Part shown: positions 26,618 through 38,292 of the stretch, piece after piece
How the letters are laid out: every line of letters begins with the position of its first letter
How positions within the stretch are numbered: the first letter of the stretch is position 1
Origin: Octopus vulgaris
Taxonomy: Eukaryota
Direction of reading: 5' to 3'
Length of the DNA: 64,000 nt
Assembly: GCA_951406725.2 (NCBI GenBank)
Contig: OX597823.1
Location: 76,508,001 to 76,572,000, forward strand
Program-made: the position numbers and the translations under genes
The notes under the pieces: generated by a model
Told to the model about the DNA's origin: nothing
Databases searched by the model: none
The model's input: only the letters and a program-made list of their open reading frames with translations

Positions 26618-27210
26618 TGTTGTTGTTGTTGTTGTTGTTGTTCTTCTTCTTCTTCTTCTTCTTCTTCTTCTTCTTCTTCTTCTTCTTCTTCTTCTTCTTC
26701 TTCTTCTTCATCATCATCATCTTCTTCATCTTCTTCTTCATCATCTTTATCTTCTTCATCTTCTTCTTTTTCATCATCATCTTCTTCATCATCATCTTCT
26801 TCATCATCATCTTTTTCATCATCATCTTCTTCATCATCATCTTCTTCATCATCTTCATCATCATCATCTTCATCTTCTTCATCATCATCTTCTTCATCAT
26901 CATCTTCTTCATCATCTTCATCTTCATCATCTTCATCTTCTTCATCATCATCTTCTTCATCTTCATCTTCTTCTTCATCATCTTCATCTTCTTCTTCATC
27001 ATCTTCATCTTCTTCTTCATCTTCTTCTTCATCATCCTCTTCTTCATCATCTTCTTCATCATCTTCATCTTCTTCTTCTTCATCTTCATCTTCTTCTTTA
27101 TCATCTTCTTTATCTTCTTCATCTTCTTCTTCATCATCATCTTCTTCATTTACTTCTTCTTCTTCTTCTTCTTCATCTTCATCATCTTCTCCTCCTCCTC
27201 CTATCTTCTT
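26618..27210. repeat. Compound trinucleotide microsatellite (TGT)n(TCT)n(TCA/TCT)n
   Basis: About 590 bp of TGT/TCT/TCA triplets, read directly. Confidence 0.95.
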
Positions 27211-27600
27211 CTGTAGCCACATAATGATCTTAATCAAATAGACCAATTATGAACCTCCTGCCGTTTGTTTTCTTCACCCACCACAATGCATTCAGCAGTA
27301 CCTTATCTAATGATTCATAGTTTTCAAACAATAGTTAAAGGGAGATTTTGGACATGCTGCTAAATTTAGCAAATTGAGTGACTTTGCAGGGACAAACTGT
27401 CAAGCTGCATCAACTGAGGCATCAGTGAGAAAATTCTGTTAGAATGATCTATATTTAATCCACAAAATGCAGAGACAGTATTGGCCATGTGATTATGAAT
27501 TTTGCTTCAAAGTCCCAAGGTTCCTCTTCCAATCTAATTACACAATATCTCAGAAAAATGTCTTATAACATTCCCTCACTCAGTCCCATATATATCTATA

Positions 27601-27854
27601 TACTCTTTTACTCTTTTTTACTTGTTTCAGTCATTTGACTGTGACCATGCTGGAGCACCGCCTTTAGTTGAGCAAATCGACCCCAGGACTTCTTTGTAAG
27701 CCTAGTAATTATTCTATTCGTCTCTTTTACTGAACCACTAAGTTATGGAGATGTAAACACACCACCATCGGTTGTCAAGCGGTGCTGGGGGGACAAACAC
27801 AGACACACAAACATATACACACACACACATACATACATACATACATACATACAT

Positions 27855-27889
<35 letters not shown>

Positions 27890-28042
27890 ACAGGCTTCTT
27901 TTCAGTTTCCATCTAGCAAATCCACTGACAAGGCTTTGGTTGGCCCTAGGCTATAGTAGAAGGCACTTGCCCATGGTGCCATGCAGTGGGACTGAACCTG
28001 GAACCATGTGGTTCATAAGCAAGCTACTTACCACACAGCCAC
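27601..28042 (-). mobile_element. SINE family A
   Basis: Reverse complement of the family A consensus. Confidence 0.82.
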
Positions 28043-28399
28043 GTACATTCATGCATTCATATATATTGTTGTTGCCAGCTGTCTGTCATAGGTCGATGTT
28101 GACTGTTTTGTTCAACAAATAGCTTTGGATGGTGAGTAAGGCGCTTGGCATCATATCTGCACCAGACAGCTTCTCTGGGCCTGGCTTTACAGGTTCAAGA
28201 CTATCTCACATTAAAAGAATAAGTATGTGGTAGGACAGGTCACAGTGATGATAGGGTACTGAGGTGGAAGATGAGCTTTGTGGGGACGACAGTGGGAGAA
28301 AAACCAATAAAGATTGCTGGCTGATTCGCAGTGAGCAAGACAGCAATATGCATCTATGCATGTATGTATGTATGTATGTATGTATGTATGTATGTATGT

Positions 28400-28820
28400 A
28401 TAGGTGCAGGAGTGGCTGTGTGGTAAGTAGCTTGTTTACCAACCACATGGTTCCGGGTTCAGTCCCACTGCGTGGCACCTTGGGCAAGTGTCTTCTACTA
28501 TAGCCTCAGGCCGACCAAAGCCTTGTGAGTGGATTTGGTAGACGGAAACTGAAAGAAGCCCGTCGTATATATATATATATATATATATATATGCGTGTGT
28601 GTGTTTGTGTGTCTGTGTTTGTCCCCCTAGCATTGCTTGACAACCAATGCTGGTGTATTTATGTCCCCGTTACTTAGCGGTTCGGCAAAAGAGACCGATA
28701 GAATAAGTACTGGGCTTACAAACGAATAAGTACCGGGGTCAAGTTGCTCGATTAAAGGCGGTGCTCCAGCATAGCCGCAGTCAAATGACTGAAACAAGTA
28801 AAAGAGAAAGAGAAAGAGAG
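28400..28820 (+). mobile_element. tRNA-derived SINE family A (CORE-like, internal TA/TG microsatellite, GTAAAAGA tail)
   Basis: A-box TGGCTGTGTGGT, B-box GGTTCAGTCCC and CORE-like CCTTGGGCAAGTG; more than 12 copies in the window. Confidence 0.85.
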
Positions 28821-29639
28821 ATGTATGTATGCATGCATATCTGTGTATTTGCATTTATATCAGTTTATAAACCAGTAGCTTCACTATATTATGTGCTTAA
28901 AGGTCCTGTAATTTAGCAGCTTGACAAAAAAGTAATCAATTCCCTGTACTTATGTATTTGGTAGATAATAATATAATCAACTAAACTCTGCACAGTAATA
29001 TCTTGACATGGCATCTGTCTGATGAGTCAGAACAGTAAAAGACTAATACAATAATTCAATAGCATTCAGAATTAATCGCAGCATGCTTTATGAAATAATA
29101 CTTACCTTACCAACAGTAAAGTTCTCCAAAATATTACAAATATAGAAATGCTATCTGTTATAAAAGAAGTAAATTGAAAATTAACGTCAGGAAACAAATT
29201 AACTAAACGGGTAAAGTGTTTCTACAAGTTTCAAAATTACTTAGTGGAAAATTTATTATAAATTTATATTGTTTATATCTGCTTCAGGCTTTCTCTTGTA
29301 TTTCTGAGGAAGATATAGCTGCATATTGACAGAATTTTTAGAGAGTGGATCAAAATAAATGATTTGCAGTATTTGTTTCAGCCCTCAGTGCTCCAGGTTC
29401 AAATCCTACTAAGTCAACTTTTCATTTTCTCCTTTCTGTCCAGACTGAAATTATATACACTGTTTATATTAGTCGGACTGATGTTCTCACCTTGATTGTT
29501 ACTTACATTACTTTTCAGTTGTTGTATGCTCCAGCCTTCTTCGGGTGCCTTGTGTTGAACTAAATTGCTGTACTAGTATTTTTAAACCTAATTCTTTATT
29601 TGATCCACAGGGATACACTTTTTTCAATCTGCTCTCTTT

Positions 29640-30035
29640 CCTCTCTTTTACTTGTTTCAGTCATTTGATTGCAGCCATGCTGGAGCACCGTCTTTTAGTC
29701 AAGCAAATCGACTCCAGGACTTATTCTTTGTAAGCCTAGTACTTAGTCTATTGGTCTCTTTTGCCAAACCGCTAAGTTACAGGGATGTGAACACACCAGC
29801 ACTGGTTGTCAAGCGATGTTGGGGGGACAGACATAGCACACACACAAACACACATATATATACATATACATATAATTGACAGGCTTCTTTCAGTTTCCGG
29901 CTACCAAATCCACTCATAAGGCTTTGGTCAGCCCGAGGCTATTGTAGAAGACACTTGCCCAAAGTGCTATGCAGTGGGACTGAACCTGGAACCATGTGGT
30001 TGGTAAACAAGCTACTTTCCACGCAGCCACTCCTG
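29640..30035 (-). mobile_element. SINE family A
   Basis: Reverse complement of the family A consensus. Confidence 0.82.
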
Positions 30036-30514
30036 CTCTCTGCATTTTTTGACATTTTTGGCTTCAGTTGATTTTTGTTAATTACCAAGGTAAACTCCTT
30101 CCCTCAGATATATAGAGTTGTATTAATGAAATTGTTAAAGCATTAGATAGGATGCCTTGTAGTATTTGTTCCAGCTCCTTATGTTCTGTGATTCTGGGTT
30201 TTTATTTGAGATATAATCCATCTTTCACTTTAATACCACCACCTGGTCCTCCACTGCCTTTAGTAGAGTCCATTTTGTTGCTAGCATTCATGTTAAGTTT
30301 CTGGTTTCAAGATAACATCCCTCTTCACCCCAGCAATCTCAGATGCTCTGAAGAAAATAGTGATTCATGGATCTTTCTTCTCCTGTCTTGGGCTTAACTT
30401 AGGCTTGTATTAAGCACTAAGAGACAGAAGGCCAAGGAATAGGGAATTTCTGTAACATATACAACACTCTTCCTTGAGTGGGATGCTGCTCTATCACAGT
30501 AAAAAAAGAAATTC

Positions 30515-30915
30515 TGTGGCTGTGTGGTAGGTAGCTGGCGCAGGAGTGGCTGTGTGGTAGGTAGCTTGCTTACCAACCACATAGTTCCGGGCAAGTGTCT
30601 TCTACTATAGCCTCAGGTTGACCAAAGCCTTGTGAGTGGATTTGGTAGACGGAAACTGAAAGAAGCCCATCATATATATGTAGATGTATATATATATGTG
30701 TTTCTGTGTCTGTGTTTGTCCCTCCAACATTGCTTGACAACTGATGCTGGTGTGTTTACGTTCCCGTAACTTAGCAGTTCGGCAAAAGAAACCGATAGAA
30801 TAAGTACTAGGCTTACAAAGAATAAGTCCTGAGGTTGATTTGCTCGACTAAAATGCAGTGCTCCACCATGGCCACTGTCAAATGACTGAAACAAGTAAAA
30901 GAGTAAAAGAGTAAC
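30515..30915 (+). mobile_element. SINE family A with partly duplicated head
   Basis: GTGGCTGTGTGGTAGGTAGCT occurs twice before the body. Confidence 0.8.
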
Positions 30916-31400
30916 CAATTATATATACAACCATGATTTTAAATAATAGAAACTTACATGCATATGCATCTTATTTCTGAATAAATAAATTCCTTAATTA
31001 TTTCTGGATTTCTTTCACTGCAGTTGAGCAGCTTAATTTTGAAATAATTTTTGAATTGCCAGATTAGGAAGTTGATCTTAGAAAATTTTCAAATATGTCT
31101 AGCATCACAATCTCTTTGAACAATTATTAAGCAATATCTTATGTCTTGCTTACAAATTTACAAGGGAGCCTCTACATTGCTCAAACTGCTAAAAATATTA
31201 GACAAATAACTCTGAACCATATAAAGAAAGGGAAGGACACTTAAGATAATGTAGTCCTTCATAACTCTAAAAAAAAAGACAAAATGGTCACCGTTAGACT
31301 GCCTTTCATCATTATCCTACTTTAATTGGTTTGCTGTGGTTGCTTTTTATCTTCCAGGTCAACCCTGATCAGGTAAATGTATGATAAGAAGTATTCTAGA

Positions 31401-31629
31401 AGGCAGCAAACTGGCAGAAACGTTAGCATGCCAGGCGAAATGCTTAGTGGTATTTCGTCTGCCACTACGTTCTGAGTTCAAATTCTGCCGAGGTCGACTT
31501 TGCCTTCCATCCTTTTGTGATCGAGTAAATAAGTACCAGTTACACACTGGGATCGATATAATCGATTTAATCCGTTTGCCTGTCTCTGTTTGTTCCCTCT
31601 GTGTGTAGCCTCATGTGGGCAGTAAAGAA
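31401..31629 (+). mobile_element. SINE family B
   Basis: Family B sequence with TSD ATAAGAAGTATTCTAGA. Confidence 0.85.
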
Positions 31630-32825
31630 ATAAGAAGTATTCTAGAATTGACTATCTTATTTTCGAGGGGTCTCAAACAATACATCATCCAAAGCATCCT
31701 TTGTATCTTTAAGACTCTGGAAGGTATTTGCAAGGGATTTGGTTGCTCTTTCTATTAAAAGCTCTTTTCTTACCTAAAAAAACAAACCCTTCTAAACATC
31801 TATTTCTTAAATACAAGCAATCTATGTAGTACTTACAACAAAAACACACTATACATTACAAAGGTTATCTATTTATTCATTTATTCTTTGTTTATTATTA
31901 AATTACTTAGGTCTTTAATTTTCCAGTTCAGTATTTCACTTCCATAATACAATGTCGCAATAGCCAAGGTATTGATTGCTATGGTTTTGTTTTCTTGAGT
32001 TTAAGACTTGGAATCAATTTAAAGCTTCTGAAATATTCATTTGCAAACATTACTTTCTTCTGTTTTCCTATTTAACCATACAATGCGCCTGTATTTTATA
32101 TTCATTTTTCTCAATAGATTTTTATCTATTTTTATCAACTAGTAACACTTCTTCAAACTCAAATACTTTATTATTTTTTTTTTTTAACCGTCAATACTTG
32201 TTTATACTAAACTACAAGTTATGACTTCAGAAAATAAATGAGTTGGGTTAATGATTTTACTAAGATTTTTATCTGTTCTTCAGATATTATTTCTAGCTTA
32301 CATTTAAATTTCATGACCTCCTATTGAAAAAAGCAAGTCATCATTACTAAAACTGCAAACTAAAAAATAGTAGTCAAATTTTCCTCATATCACACCAAAA
32401 TGATTCTTCACAAAAGGTAATAGGCAGTGGATAATGTATTTCCAGAAACAGCATCTCTTAAAAAAGAGAGAGACCAGATGATCATAGGTGGAATGACTTT
32501 GGCTTAAGGTTTATTTAGTCATGACAAACCAGGTGTTAAACAACAACAGCAGGCTCCTTGTCTTTCGCCCTTCAAGAAATAGCACCTTGGGTAAAACCTT
32601 AAACTTTACATTTAGTAGTTATGACGTGGAAATGATCTATTACATTCGCCTTGTTCATGTTCTTCTTCACCACTGTTACGATTTCATCTCACAGATCTGG
32701 GAATTGCCTCATTCTGTTGCCAGTTGCAGCTGTGGTCATCCAAAACTGCAGTGAACAAGCATGGCTAGCACGTAAGAAGTTCATACTCTGAAAAGGCTGT
32801 CAGTCCACCAGGATTCTGTCTAGGT

Positions 32826-33085
32826 CAGTGGTTCTCAAACTTTTTCAGGCTGCTGCCCTCTTGACACCCAGGCCACAATCCTAGCACCCCCACCCCAACT
32901 AACCATCAAAAATATAGATCTCTTTCTGAATCAAATTCAAAGCAAATAAGACTTAACCTAATGAACCCATTATTTTGTTATTTTTACATGAATTACTACC
33001 TCTTTATAGCTCCACTTTACTTCAACTTTCTTGGAACTTTCCACTACTCTCAAGGGAGTAATACTGCCACCTTTGGGAACCATTG
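32826..33085. mobile_element. hAT (Charlie-like) MITE
   Basis: TIRs CAGTGGTTCTCAAA / TTTGGGAACCATTG, with an 8-bp TSD GTCTAGGT / ATCTAGGT resembling the NTCTAGAN preference. Confidence 0.8.
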
Positions 33086-33154
33086 ATCTAGGTTAAAAAA
33101 AACATAAGTAACAAATATGAACAATGAAATATTTATAGATGTAGGAAATATTTA

Positions 33155-33775
33155 TAGGCGTAGGAGTGGCTGTATGGTAAGTAGCTTGCTTATAAGGCGC
33201 CGAGCTGGCAGAAACGTTAGCACGCCGGGCAAAATGCGTAGCCGTATTTCATCTGCTGTTACGTTCTGAGTTCAAATTCCGCCGAGGTTGACTTTGCCTT
33301 TCATCCTTTCGGGGTCGATTAAATAAGTACCAGTTACGCACTGGGGTCGATATAATTGACTTAATCCGTTTGTCCTTGTTTATCCTCTCTGTGTTTAGCC
33401 CCTTGTGGGTAGTAAAGAAATAGGTAAGTAGCTTGCTTACCAACCACATGGTTCCAGGTTCAGTTCCACTGCATGGCACCTTGGGCAATTGCTTTGTGAG
33501 TGGATTTGGTATATGGAAACTGAAAGAAGCTCATCGAATATATGTATATTTATTTATATATATGTATATGTGTATATGTTTGTGTGTCTGTGCTTGTTCC
33601 CCCAACATCTTCATGTGTTTACATCCCTGTTACTTAGCGGTTCAGCAAAAGAGACCAATAGAATAAGTACTAGGCTTACAAAGAATAAGTCTTTGGGTCG
33701 ATTCGCTCAACTAAAGGCGGTGCTCCAGCATGGCCGCAGTCAAATGACTGAAACAAGTAAAAGAGTAAAAGAGAT
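33155..33775 (+). mobile_element. SINE family A with nested SINE B
   Basis: The family A head is split by SINE B at 33193-33422 with a 17-bp TSD. Confidence 0.82.
33193..33422 (+). mobile_element. SINE family B (Nin/Deu-like central domain)
   Basis: GAGCTGGCAGAAACGTTAGCA head, B-box GAGTTCAAATTC and GCCTTTCATCCTTTCGGGGTCGAT..AAGTACCAG resembling the Deu/Nin domain. TSD GGTAAGTAGCTTGCTTA. Confidence 0.82.
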
Positions 33776-34252
33776 GTATTAATAAGCAGCAAATGTACAG
33801 TATTCAATCATATGCTGTTAATAAAAATGAACTATCATACTACTACTACTACTACCAACAGTTATAACAACAATAGCACCAACAGTAGTAGCAACAACAA
33901 CAGTAATTATAGATTGTAGTCTAGACACGAGGCCGGAATGGGATTTTAGTTGATTAAATCAATCTCAGTATTTGACTGGAACATTTTTTCTCTTCCTTGG
34001 GCCTTTTGTCTCTTGTCCCTCTGGGGTCAAAAATTTGTAAGAAATTCCGAAGCACTTTTGTTTCAAAAATATTGATTTAAAAGACAGTGGTGGAAGGAGA
34101 AGTGAGAGGTAATTCTGAAAGGAGGATTTCCACCAACCGCCACCTCAAAGTTCAAAGACTAAAATGTTACATAAATGCCATGGCCACCACTAACACCATC
34201 ACAACTGCTACTATTACTACTACAACTGCTTAACTGGTACATTTTCCCTCTT

Positions 34253-34485
34253 AAGGTGGTGAGCTGGAAGAAACGTTAGCATGCCGGGTGAGATGCTTAG
34301 CAGTATTTCGTCTGACGCTACGTTCTGAGTTCAAATTCTGCCGAGGTCGACTTTGCCTTTCATCCTTTTGGGGTCGATTAAATAAGTACCAGTTATGCAC
34401 TGGGGTCGATATAATCAACTTCATCCGTTTGCCTGTCCTTGTTTGTCCTCTCTGTATTTAACTCCTTGTGGGTAGTAAAGAAATA
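34253..34485 (+). mobile_element. SINE family B
   Basis: Family B sequence with TSD GGTACATTTT(T)CCCTCTT. Confidence 0.85.
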
Positions 34486-35892
34486 GGTACATTTTTCCCT
34501 CTTCACCCAATTTCGTTGAGTCTTCTTCTTTGAGATGTTTTACTCATTTCGCATTTGTGTTTACACGAAGTGGTGATAGGTTTTCCTGTGTAACAATTAT
34601 CCCTTCCTCGTCATTCGATGTTGATGTGATACCACTGGTTGGCACTGTTAGGAGAGGAGATGTCTGTTCATTTACACCTTCTACTGGATATAAAGATTCT
34701 TGTTATATCTAGAATTTGGGATGATCCTGGTCTGAAAACAAGGGTTTGTAATTCATTTTGCTGTTGCATGTGATTTTCCTTATTTTTGTTTGTCTTTCTT
34801 TTTTTACTACATAGGATTTTCAATTCTTTAGGGCATTCAGCCCTCAATCTATCTTTACTATGGGGAATTTTGTAACTAAGCATTCTGCTCTGAAGTATTA
34901 GTTTAATTCCCTTTAATACAGTGCTTTTAATGGGTCATAATTTTATTATGAGTTCACTAGAACTTGAAATTCCATTTTGATGCTCCCTCACTACATGTAA
35001 CATTCCGTTAACCTTATTTGAACCACTTATCATACTGAGTGATAAAAAAGTAACGACTACCCACACAACTACATTATATAAATGTTTCTTATTGCTATTT
35101 TTGTATTTCTTTAACCAGTGTATTAGATCACAAATATATAGTCTGACAATGATACCCTGTATTTTGGCTGACTCTTCAGTGTTGAATGTACAGCAGATAG
35201 TGTTATAATCTTTACCTTTATTACTTGAAAAAAGTTTCCCTGACATTCGTGGGAAGAGTTTTTACGAGAGGAGAGATTTAGTTCACTTCCATACTTTTAT
35301 AAGCAGAGGCATATAATTTTTTCCTATTTTCCTACCCTAAATTTGCTCCTATGACAGAGAAATGCTGTTTGGATTTACGAAGTTTTCTCATTTACATTTT
35401 TTTGTAGTTATCTGAGGTCTAAAAGTTTTGCTTGTTCAGTGTGTATTAAAAGAAAATTCACTTTGGCACAACTGTATGAACAGACTACAAGGTATAATTC
35501 CACCTAAGAGTCACTGCTGGTGTTGTTGTTGTTGTTGTTATTATTAATATTGTTATCTTTGAAACTACCTAACTGTGTTGTCTTTCGTTTTTCTCTTTTG
35601 TTTTTGCAGCGTTCAGTCTTGTAGCATAAGTATATTTTCGTAGCCATTTTGGGTGTGAAAATGTAATATGTGAAATTAAATTATTCATGTTTGTAAAATA
35701 TGTTTATTTTTTTAATTTTTTTTCTGTCTCTGGGTACTGAAAGCAGGCGTTCTTTAGGCAATTATGGTTCTTTTTTTATAAGTACACCAAAGAAAACTTA
35801 ATTTGGTAATGCTTGAATAAATCGTGAATTTGTTTTTTCCAAGAGGGAAGAAAAACGACACCCATCCCAGTACAAGAATCAAATAGTAATAT

Positions 35893-35912
35893 TACTACTA
35901 CTACTACTGCTG

Positions 35913-36006
<94 letters not shown>

Positions 36007-36010
36007 TAAT
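35893..36010. repeat. (TAC)n(TAA)n microsatellite
   Basis: Read directly from the sequence. Confidence 0.93.
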
Positions 36011-36112
36011 ATTTTCTGTTGTTATTGCCACAAGAATATTTTTAGACATACTATAAAATCACAGAAGCTACCAAAATTGTGAATATAGACAAATAAGTAG
36101 AGAGATAAAGGC

Positions 36113-36187
<75 letters not shown>

Positions 36188-36751
36188 GGACATTAGTTTT
36201 TAAAAATATATAATCTAAAGCATGTTGGGCATTTAAGACTACCCACTCAAAAGTATGTGAAGACCTATGAGTTTGGTTGCATCAGAATAATTCTCATATC
36301 TGGCTGCCTGCCATAAATATAGTGTCATTCTGGATGAGTCTACGATGAGTTTGAATGTTGGAATGGTTTGTGAGTGGCTCAAATTCTATTGAAGCCTTAG
36401 CTTCGTCTGCCTATAAACCATTGGTTTCCACCAGCAGCATATATCTCTTGGGTATTCTCTGAATTCAGCACTTTGTTGGTTACATTTTCCTCTATTAGGA
36501 AATCTATCAGTTCCTTGTTGGAATTTCTTGAAACTAAAAATTTTGTGTTTCACCAGAAAATGAACTTTTCAGTTTTGTTTTCTTTAAAGAAAGTATTTGA
36601 GGTCCTTCTTTTGCACACCAATTCTCAATGCTGACTTTTCTTCCCTTGTATTGTTCCTGTCAGCCTGTCACTTTTCTCCAGTCTTCTTTTTCTTCTCCTG
36701 ATCATAAGATGATGAGATATCACTAGTTCAGAATGGGGGAGTTAACATTGA

Positions 36752-36963
36752 CCCTTTAGTGTTCACATTATTTTGCCAAAATTAATCTTTTTTTTATCCA
36801 CATTGTTTTGAACTAATCATGCATTATCTTGTAGCTATGAGATTTTGATGAGGTAACTGTTAATGTTCAGAAAGATATTGTAGGGTTGGTGTGAGAGACC
36901 AGATCTGGCCAGTTTGAACTTAAAACAGGCAGAATAATTTTGGCCAGTTTAAATGCTAAAGGG
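36752..36963. mobile_element. piggyBac-type MITE
   Basis: TTGA|CCCTTTAG...CTAAAGGG|TTAA; same family as 42892 and 59641. Confidence 0.7.
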
Positions 36964-37251
36964 TTAATCTTCAGCTTCTGACTCCCAGAACGAAACGAGT
37001 CATAGAGGCACATTTAAGGCCATTAATCAAAACTGTGATTAGCTATGTTGTTTAAGCAGAAGCTTCTGAGATATGCTGTTGTTTCTGTTGGCTCACCTGC
37101 TCTCTTTTTCTTGGCTTTTCTACTTCTTTTGGCCATGAAACACTCTGACGGCCCTTACCCACCTCATCTGCAGTAGCTAAGTGATCTGTCCTTCACTGCT
37201 AGTTTCTTAGCCTTTCATTCTGCACTCTTGGTAGGGCAATACTTTCATAGT

Positions 37252-37530
37252 GGAGGCACATGGCCTAGTGGTTAGAGCAGTGGACTCGCAATTGAGGGAT
37301 CACGGGTTCGAATCTCAGACCAGGTGATGTGTGTGTTTATGAGCAAAACACCTAAGCTCCACACGGCTCCGGCAGAAAGTAATGGCGAACTTCTGCTGAC
37401 TCTTTCACCACAACTTTCTCTCACTCTTTCCTCCTGCATCTTGTAGCTCACCTGCGACAGACTGGTGTCCCATCCAGTGGGGGAACCTATACGCCAAGAA
37501 ACCGGGAAACTGGCCCTTACGAGCCAGGCT
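37252..37530 (+). mobile_element. tRNA-derived SINE family D
   Basis: A-box TGGCCTAGTGG and B-box GGTTCGAATCT, followed by a non-tRNA body with CCTGCGACAGACTGGTGTCCCATCCAG. Related heads at about 47135 (-), 50434 (+), 5170 (+) and 56680 (+). Confidence 0.7.
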
Positions 37531-37949
37531 GCTGAGTTCTTTGCCGGCCATTAGAATGTGCAATTTCAATGAGACTCTACCTAAACGTATGTAATTCTTG
37601 ACGACTTTGACACTCACTTCCTGACTATAATACTGCCTTAAAAATTTACCAACAAGCCAAGAATGAATATTGTTATCAGTACCTTTGATTATGACCCTCA
37701 TTGTGCATTAGTCTTAGAACTGCAACCCCAGTGGGTAGGAGATGTTTCACAAACCATCTTCAGTTCCAAAAGTGAGGTACATGGTTCTATAATTTCCCTT
37801 GATCTGAAGATGAGATATCAGCTTATTCTACTGGAAGAGCTTTCACTGATTGTACAGCTGAGGGTATGAGGAAATCAACTCTGATTTCAGCAAGACATCA
37901 ATCAGTGACTTTCTATAGTTCTCTTTCTTAGATATGAAAATCAAAAATT

Positions 37950-38292
37950 AATGGAAATTGCAGTTGTGATACCAGTGCTGGTGGCACATAAAGGAACCAT
38001 CCGAATGTGGGCGTTGCCAGCACTGCCTCGATTGGCCTCCATGCCAGTGGCACGTAAAAAGCACCAACCGATCGTGGCTGTTGCCATCCTCGCCTGGCAC
38101 GTAAAAAGCACCCACTACACTCACGGAGTGGTTGGCGTTAGGAAGGGCATCAAGCTGTAGAAATACTGCCAGATCAGACTGGAGCCTGGTGCAGCCTCCT
38201 GGCTTCCCAGACCCCAGTCGAACCGTCCAACCCATGCTAGCATGGAAAGCGGATGTTAAACGATGATGATGATGATGATGATGATGATGATA
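37950..38292 (+). mobile_element. Repeat family C
   Basis: Family C units and (GAT)n tail. Confidence 0.8.

Noticed and set aside
26488-27246. 252-aa poly-Asp/Glu ORF and overlapping poly-Ser/Lys/Phe ORFs
   Set aside because: Several frames are open only because the triplet repeat lacks stops; the flanks show no protein-like sequence.
36230-36700. Possible decayed transposon protein on the minus strand (NKELIDFL-like peptide)
   Set aside because: Requires several frameshifts; cannot be supported without a profile search.
37252-37325. tRNA-like sequence with A and B boxes
   Set aside because: The acceptor stem does not close and it continues into a SINE body; it is a SINE head, not a tRNA gene.
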